Assembly (NCBI RefSeq): GCF_037157815.1
Contig: NZ_CP089984.1
Length of the DNA: 32,000 bases
Origin: Pendulispora albinea
Lineage (GTDB): Bacteria; Myxococcota_A; Polyangia; Polyangiales; Polyangiaceae
Reading direction: 5' to 3' (one strand)
The position numbers and the translations under genes were made by a program. Under the pieces are notes generated by a model. It saw only the letters and a list, made by a program, of their open reading frames with translations. It was not told the origin of the DNA and did no database searches. Each line of letters begins with the position of its first letter. Position 1 is the stretch's first letter. Positions 28,080-32,000 of the stretch are shown here, in pieces.

Positions 28080-29672
28080 ATCACCTTGACGCAAACCACC
28101 AAATCGTCCTGACAGAGGGATAGCGTGCTCGATCGTGAGCTTGTCGCCGGTAACGACGACGCGCTCAAGAAGAAGACGGACGATCCTTTGGCGCTCGGTG
28201 AAGTCGAGCTTGTCGAATCCCTTGCGGAGTGTCGAGGCGAAGGCCGCGAGGTCATCGGCGATGCGTGTAACGCGGGTGGAGTCCATCTGCTGACCAATCA
28301 AGTCCTCGCCTCGGAGGCTGACGGAGTCCATGGCACTGTCGAGTCTCTCGCGTCGGGACTTCAGTTGCTCGACGCTGATCGCTCCTCGTTGGTATGCGTC
28401 GATCAATCGCTCGACTTGGAGTTCGAGTTGTCGTCTCGCTCCTTCCAGGCGCGCGAGCTCCTTGGCAACGCTCGACGCGGCTTGACGACTTGTTCGCCAT
28501 AGTTCGAGTTCGCGTTGGAGCATTGCGGGGCTCTGCACCCAAGATCGAATCGCGTCCCACACAACACCGTCGAGTTCCTCTGCGCGCACGCGCTTGGCGG
28601 TGCACTTGCTCATTCGCCCGGTGTCGACAGGATCGCGGCGAGCACATTCATAGTAAAAATACTCGTAGCGCTTGCACACGCTCGACTGGTGCCCACACGC
28701 CATCTTCCAACCGCACTCACCGCACGTGACGAGAGCCCGCAGCAAGTAGTCATGCTGCACGTTGCGTGGCGCCCAGATTTTGTTCTTCGCCAGCCGTGTC
28801 CGCACGCACTCTTGATCCTTTTCGGTAACGAGCGAAGGAATCGAAACGTGTAGCCATTGCGCCCGCGGGCGGATGACGTGCGAGCTCTTCGCGTTCTTAC
28901 GATATCCACCAGGACGACGCGGACGCTTTGGCTCTGCGGGTTCGCGTTTGCCGTACGTCGCCATGCCCGTGTACGCAGCGTTGGTCAGGATGACGTGCAC
29001 GCTGCCTGCGACCCAGATCTTGGCGCGGCGCGGCTTGATGCCGAGCGCGTTCAATCGTTTGGCGACTTGCCGTGCACTCAGCCCTTCGTCGAGCACCCAT
29101 CGATACATCGCACGGACATTCTGCGCCTCGACCTCGTCGATCACAATGCTTCCACCGGGCACGGCCTTCGTCCTGACGATCGCGTATCCGTACGGCGGTA
29201 TTCCAAAAGGAAGCATTCGACCTTCGCGCACTTTGTGCATTCGTCCTCGCCGCGTACGTTCCAGGATCTTGGCACGCTCGTACTCGGCGATCACTCCTTG
29301 CATCTGGACAAGCAGTCGATCCTCCGCACGCTCGCCGACAGGATGTTCAACGAAGTGTACGCGCACCCCACGCTTGGTGAGCTCTTCGAGGATGACCTGC
29401 TGATGGACGTAACTTCGCGCGAGCCGATCAGGACAATATATGTAAATTACATCTATCAATCCATCTGCCGCGGCGTCGCGAAGTGCATCGAACGCGGGGC
29501 GGTCCAAACGCGACCCGCTGAATCCTTCATCGACATAGCGCCGATCCGGCGCGATGCTCACGCCACCAGCGGCGCACGCGCGTTCGATCGCTTCGACTTG
29601 CGAGCCGATCGTTTTCTCTTGCTCCTGGCGCGCCGTTGAAACGCGCGCGTACAGCGCCGCTCGGTTCTTCAT
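27939..29672 (-). CDS. large serine recombinase (reads through attL; about 531 native codons)
   Basis: Catalytic [12 protein letters not shown]. Resolvase domain ...YCPDRLARS...[15 protein letters not shown]. Recombinase domain. Zinc ribbon LVTCGECGW...[11 protein letters not shown]. Coiled coil [23 protein letters not shown]. The ORF continues past the CTCG core into IS701 antisense sequence, to a stop at 27939. Confidence 0.9.
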   Translation of the reverse strand: MKNRAALYARVSTARQEQEKTIGSQVEAIERACAAGGVSIAPDRRYVDEGFSGSRLDRPAFDALRDAAADGLIDVIYIYCPDRLARSYVHQQVILEELTKRGVRVHFVEHPVGERAEDRLLVQMQGVIAEYERAKILERTRRGRMHKVREGRMLPFGIPPYGYAIVRTKAVPGGSIVIDEVEAQNVRAMYRWVLDEGLSARQVAKRLNALGIKPRRAKIWVAGSVHVILTNAAYTGMATYGKREPAEPKRPRRPGGYRKNAKSSHVIRPRAQWLHVSIPSLVTEKDQECVRTRLAKNKIWAPRNVQHDYLLRALVTCGECGWKMACGHQSSVCKRYEYFYYECARRDPVDTGRMSKCTAKRVRAEELDGVVWDAIRSWVQSPAMLQRELELWRTSRQAASSVAKELARLEGARRQLELQVERLIDAYQRGAISVEQLKSRRERLDSAMDSVSLRGEDLIGQQMDSTRVTRIADDLAAFASTLRKGFDKLDFTERQRIVRLLLERVVVTGDKLTIEHAIPLSGRFGGLRQGDRARPPAAKRGARARPLRGSLLAWPSSPRTSHSRELRVSSTGTPPRK

Positions 29673-30020
29673 GCATCACGCTCCTCGAGAACGCCGACGC
29701 TCGTGGGGATGAGGAGCCTCGACCTCTCGTTGTTGTCCGTTTGCATTGCGCGGGCGGCGGCCTCTCGGACGATCACGAGCTTCACCACCTGCCCGAGTCG
29801 TTCCAAACCGTCGGATTGCGGTCTCGCGCGTAACTCGACCTTCCATTTTCGCTTCGCCATCGCCGATGGCCTCCCCGCGCGAGGGAGCCCCATCACGACT
29901 CGCGCCGCAGGGCAAGTTTTCGGCTACGCCGCGATGTCGCGATCGACGAACCAGCTTGAAAACTCGTCGCTCCAGCGCGAAGCGGACCAAGATTTTACGG
30001 TTTGCGTCTGGGCTTCCTCG
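28076..30020 (-). mobile_element. IS-sized integrative element encoding only a large serine recombinase and a 63-codon ORF
   Basis: An identical CTCG core lies at both junctions (28076-28079 and 30017-30020). A 20-nt inverted repeat sits 8 nt inside each core (28088-28107 and 29989-30008; first 10 nt perfect, 16/20 overall). Removing the element restores the IS701 transposase frame. Confidence 0.7.
29669..29860 (-). CDS. 63-codon ORF translationally coupled to the recombinase gene (candidate accessory/directionality factor)
   Basis: GGGGAGG lies 9 nt upstream of ATG 29860. [65 protein letters not shown]3 is about 75%, against about 55% in the competing frame. Its TGA overlaps the recombinase ATG (ATGA, 29669-29672). 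Confidence 0.4.
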   Translation of the reverse strand: MAKRKWKVELRARPQSDGLERLGQVVKLVIVREAAARAMQTDNNERSRLLIPTSVGVLEERDA

Positions 30021-31069
30021 CACGACCAGCGCGCTTTGATCGCGCCCACGACTTTCCGAAGCGATGCGTCGGTTGGATGGTTCGTTAGGTAGTACTTCTT
30101 TTCGCCGTTCGCTCGTTCTTCACAGACGAGCCAGGCCTCCGTGCCGGGCAAACGGCATCCGACGCCGGTTCGCTTGCCGTCTGCGATGGCGACGCGACAA
30201 CGAGCGAAGCGGGCACTCATCGGTCTGCCTGTCGTCGTTGTTCGCCAGGTGACTTTCTTGAATCCTTTATCACCGAGGGCCTGAATCATCTCCGAGGCGG
30301 CATCGACGGGGTGACTCGGAATCGGATGTTTCTGATTTCCGATGCGAGCTGGCATCTTGATTTTCACGTTGGCCGGATAGACCTGTTGAGTCGACTGTAC
30401 TCCGAGTGCCCAGAGCAGCCCTTCGCTCGAAAGCGCCTCGCGAAACTCTGTGCAGTGGCCGTAACCGGCGTCGGCCAGCACCGTCCCGAACCGAACGCCC
30501 GCTTTCCGAAGGCGTCTCACTTCGTCGATCGCGATCCTCCACTTCTCGCGAAAGACGACGTTGTCCGGGATGCCCACTTTCGCGCGTCGCTCCGGGTCGG
30601 CAGCCCAATCCATCGGAACGTAGAGCTGCAAGGACAGCGGAAGGGGAACGATGTCGTTGGCCAACGTCACGGACACCAAGCACTGACAGTTCGCCTGTTT
30701 TCCGAGCGCTCCGCAGTACTGATGTGCGACGCCAACCGATTCGCTTCCCTTCTTTGGGAGTGCGGTGTCGTCGATGATCAAGAACGCATCGTCCGCACCA
30801 AGTAATGCATCCGCCTTCTCCCACAGCACTTCTTCGACCGCCGCGGCGTCCCAAGCAGACTCGCTTACGAAGTGACGCAACTCCTGCTCGTGACCAGGCG
30901 CAACTCGCTCTGCCAGCGGCTCGATACTCTTCCGCTCGCCGGGCAGCAGTAGCCCTCGCAGGTAGAGCGGTGCCCAATACCTGCGTTTCTTCGTCCGCCA
31001 CGCCGCGAGAAAGGGCTCGAGGAACCGATCGAAGCGCTGCTCCCAACCTGTCGAAGACACGGCCCACAA
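30017..31069 (-). pseudogene. IS701-family transposase, 5-prime part
   Basis: TTG start at 31069 (no ATG or GTG upstream before a stop). ...YLRGLLLPGERKSIEPLAERV...FLIIDDTALPKKGSESVGVAHQYCGALGKQANCQ...VLADAGYG...KYYLTNHP...LRKVVGAIKARW. It then diverges into element-derived sequence. Confidence 0.8.
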
Positions 31070-31126
31070 TGAAGCAGAGCGGCCGCCGAATGGAAAGTAA
31101 AAAGTGACCGAGTAGTGTTAAGTGCG

Positions 31127-31285
31127 TATTCCGACGTGACTCGGGGATCGATTCCAACGACACCCGGGGCCTCATTCCAACGTGACCCGGGGGCCGATTC
31201 CTGGGCACCCGGGGACGCATTCCAACGACACCCGGGGGCCGATTCCTAGGCACCCGGGGACGCATTCCAAAGGGGGCGGTCCCCC
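31127..31285. repeat. array of 7 direct repeats with 22-23 bp period (ATTCC-N6-8-CACCCGGGG), including a 45-bp tandem duplication
   Basis: ATTCC starts at 31128, 31151, 31174, 31197, 31219, 31242 and 31264. Segments 31174-31218 and 31219-31263 are 42/45 identical. The array lies between the IS701 end and the istA start. Confidence 0.8.
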
Positions 31286-31331
31286 CCGCAGCGGCGAGCA
31301 GGGTCACAGCTTCATCGCGTAGACAGGCGCG

Positions 31332-32000
31332 ATGTCGGAGCGAGTGTCCATGCGGAAGGTCCGAGAAGTTCTCAGATTGAAGTTCGAGTGCGGGCGCAGC
31401 CACGCCGAGATCGCGGCGTCGGTGGCAATCGGTGAGACGACCGTCGGCGATTACCTGGCGCGCGCACGTGCCGCGGGGCTCGCGTGGGCGGAGGCCCGGT
31501 TGCTGAGCGACGCCGAGGTGGAGGGGCGGTTGTTCCACGATGGTGGCCGTAACGAGCCGCCGTCGCGCGTGCCGATCGATTTCGCGTGGGTGCATCGAGA
31601 GCTGTCGCGTCCGGCGGTCACGTTGCAAACGTTGTGGGTCGAGTACCGCGATGGGGCGATGGGTCAGGCACCGCTCAAAGCCTACGAATACAGCCGCTTT
31701 TGCGCCTTGTATGCCCAGTGGAAGAAGAAGCTGAGCGTCGTCATGCGCCAGGTGCATCGTGCCGGCGAAAAGATGTTCATCGATTACTCAGGGAGAAAGC
31801 CACACGTCGTCCATCCATCGACCGGAGAGGTTTACGAAGTCGAGCTGTTCGTCGCGGTGCTCGGCGCGAGCAACTATACGTACGCCGAGGCGACGCGCAC
31901 GCAGAAGGTCGCCGACTTCGTCGGCTCGACGATCCGCGCCTTCGAGTACTTCGGCTGCGTCCCCGAGGTCGTCGTGCCCGATCAACTTCGCAGCGCCGTT
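31332..32000 (+). CDS. istA: IS21-family transposase IstA, N-terminal 223 codons, open at the window end (not in the ORF track)
   Basis: ATG 31332 opens a frame with no stop up to 32000: MSERVSMRKVREVLRLKFECGRSHAEIAASVAIGETTVGDYLARARAAGLAW...TLQTLWVEYRD...YSRFCALYAQWKKKLSVVMRQVHRAGEKMFIDYSG...LFVAVLGASNYTYAEAT...FEYFGCVPEVVVPDQLRSAV. This is the classic IstA pattern. Confidence 0.9.
   Translation, partial: MSERVSMRKVREVLRLKFECGRSHAEIAASVAIGETTVGDYLARARAAGLAWAEARLLSDAEVEGRLFHDGGRNEPPSRVPIDFAWVHRELSRPAVTLQTLWVEYRDGAMGQAPLKAYEYSRFCALYAQWKKKLSVVMRQVHRAGEKMFIDYSGRKPHVVHPSTGEVYEVELFVAVLGASNYTYAEATRTQKVADFVGSTIRAFEYFGCVPEVVVPDQLRSAV

Larger units (their letters stand above)
27793..31120 (-). mobile_element. 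IS701-family insertion sequence (about 1.39 kb) interrupted by a 1.94-kb insertion
   Basis: Terminal inverted repeats are TAACACTACTCAGTCAATTT (27793-) and the reverse complement of 31120- (TAACACTACTCGGTCACTTT). The transposase gene is in two pieces. If the terminal TA pairs are target duplications, the element proper is 27795..31118. Confidence 0.75.
31121..32000 (+). mobile_element. left part of a second, different IS21-family element (continues beyond the window)
   Basis: A subterminal repeat array is followed by an istA gene. The exact left terminus is not resolvable; the candidate TG is at 31123. The element may extend left of the IS630/IS701 insertions. Confidence 0.7.

Noticed and set aside
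28079-30025. Alternative junction models for the recombinase element: a Tn4451-like GA crossover, or a simple join ARW|VIEQ at 28084/30026.
   Set aside because: The GA model removes 4 nt and breaks the transposase frame. The ARW|VIEQ join is in frame but places the junction 7 nt off the dyad centre of the inverted repeats. The shared CTCG model is in frame and centred.
31127-31285. Periodic repeats, considered as a CRISPR array.
   Set aside because: The period is only 22-23 bp, with no unique spacers between repeats. The location is the subterminal region of an IS21-family element.
30270-31757. 495-aa minus-strand ORF spanning IS701, the repeat array and istA.
   Set aside because: It crosses two element boundaries and the repeat array. 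Its composition is Arg-rich. The real genes are the IS701 transposase (a different minus frame) and istA (plus strand).

Overview
High-GC bacterial chromosome segment (coding lines hand-count about 65-80% GC). It looks myxobacterial (Sorangiineae-like). That is an inference from GC content, about 10 lipobox signal peptides, a Hanks-type Ser/Thr kinase with a TPR-like tail, and the tmRNA tag ANDNALALAA. All family calls come from motifs read by eye; no database search was possible.

Layout:
- 0-18 kb: unlinked single genes. These are a CBM6 + beta-helix glycosidase, two histidine kinases, a Fet4-like permease, a stand-alone TipAS protein, an orphan substrate-binding lipoprotein, a lipase with a divergent AraC regulator, cytochrome c next to a Tat-exported aldo/keto reductase, several orphan lipoproteins and a LysE exporter.
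- 18.3-20.7 kb: an IS21-family element with a frameshifted istA. It sits between a ydjM-like 5-prime fragment and an rtcB 3-prime fragment, with no target duplication.
- 22.6-23.0 kb: ssrA (tmRNA) with promoter and terminator hairpin. It is followed by about 1.6 kb of GC-poor, weakly coding DNA.
- 24.6-26.8 kb: a membrane Ser/Thr kinase.
- 26.76-32.0 kb: a pile of four mobile elements. These are an IS630 element, an IS701 element, a 1.94-kb element nested inside the IS701 transposase gene, and a second IS21 element.

Most interesting observations:
- The nested 1.94-kb element carries only a large serine recombinase plus a 63-codon ORF. Its attL, attR, attP and attB can all be reconstructed from the sequence.
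- The second IS21 element has an open-ended istA that is absent from the ORF track. It is preceded by an unusually long 22-23 bp periodic repeat array.

No CRISPR array, rRNA or tRNA gene was seen.
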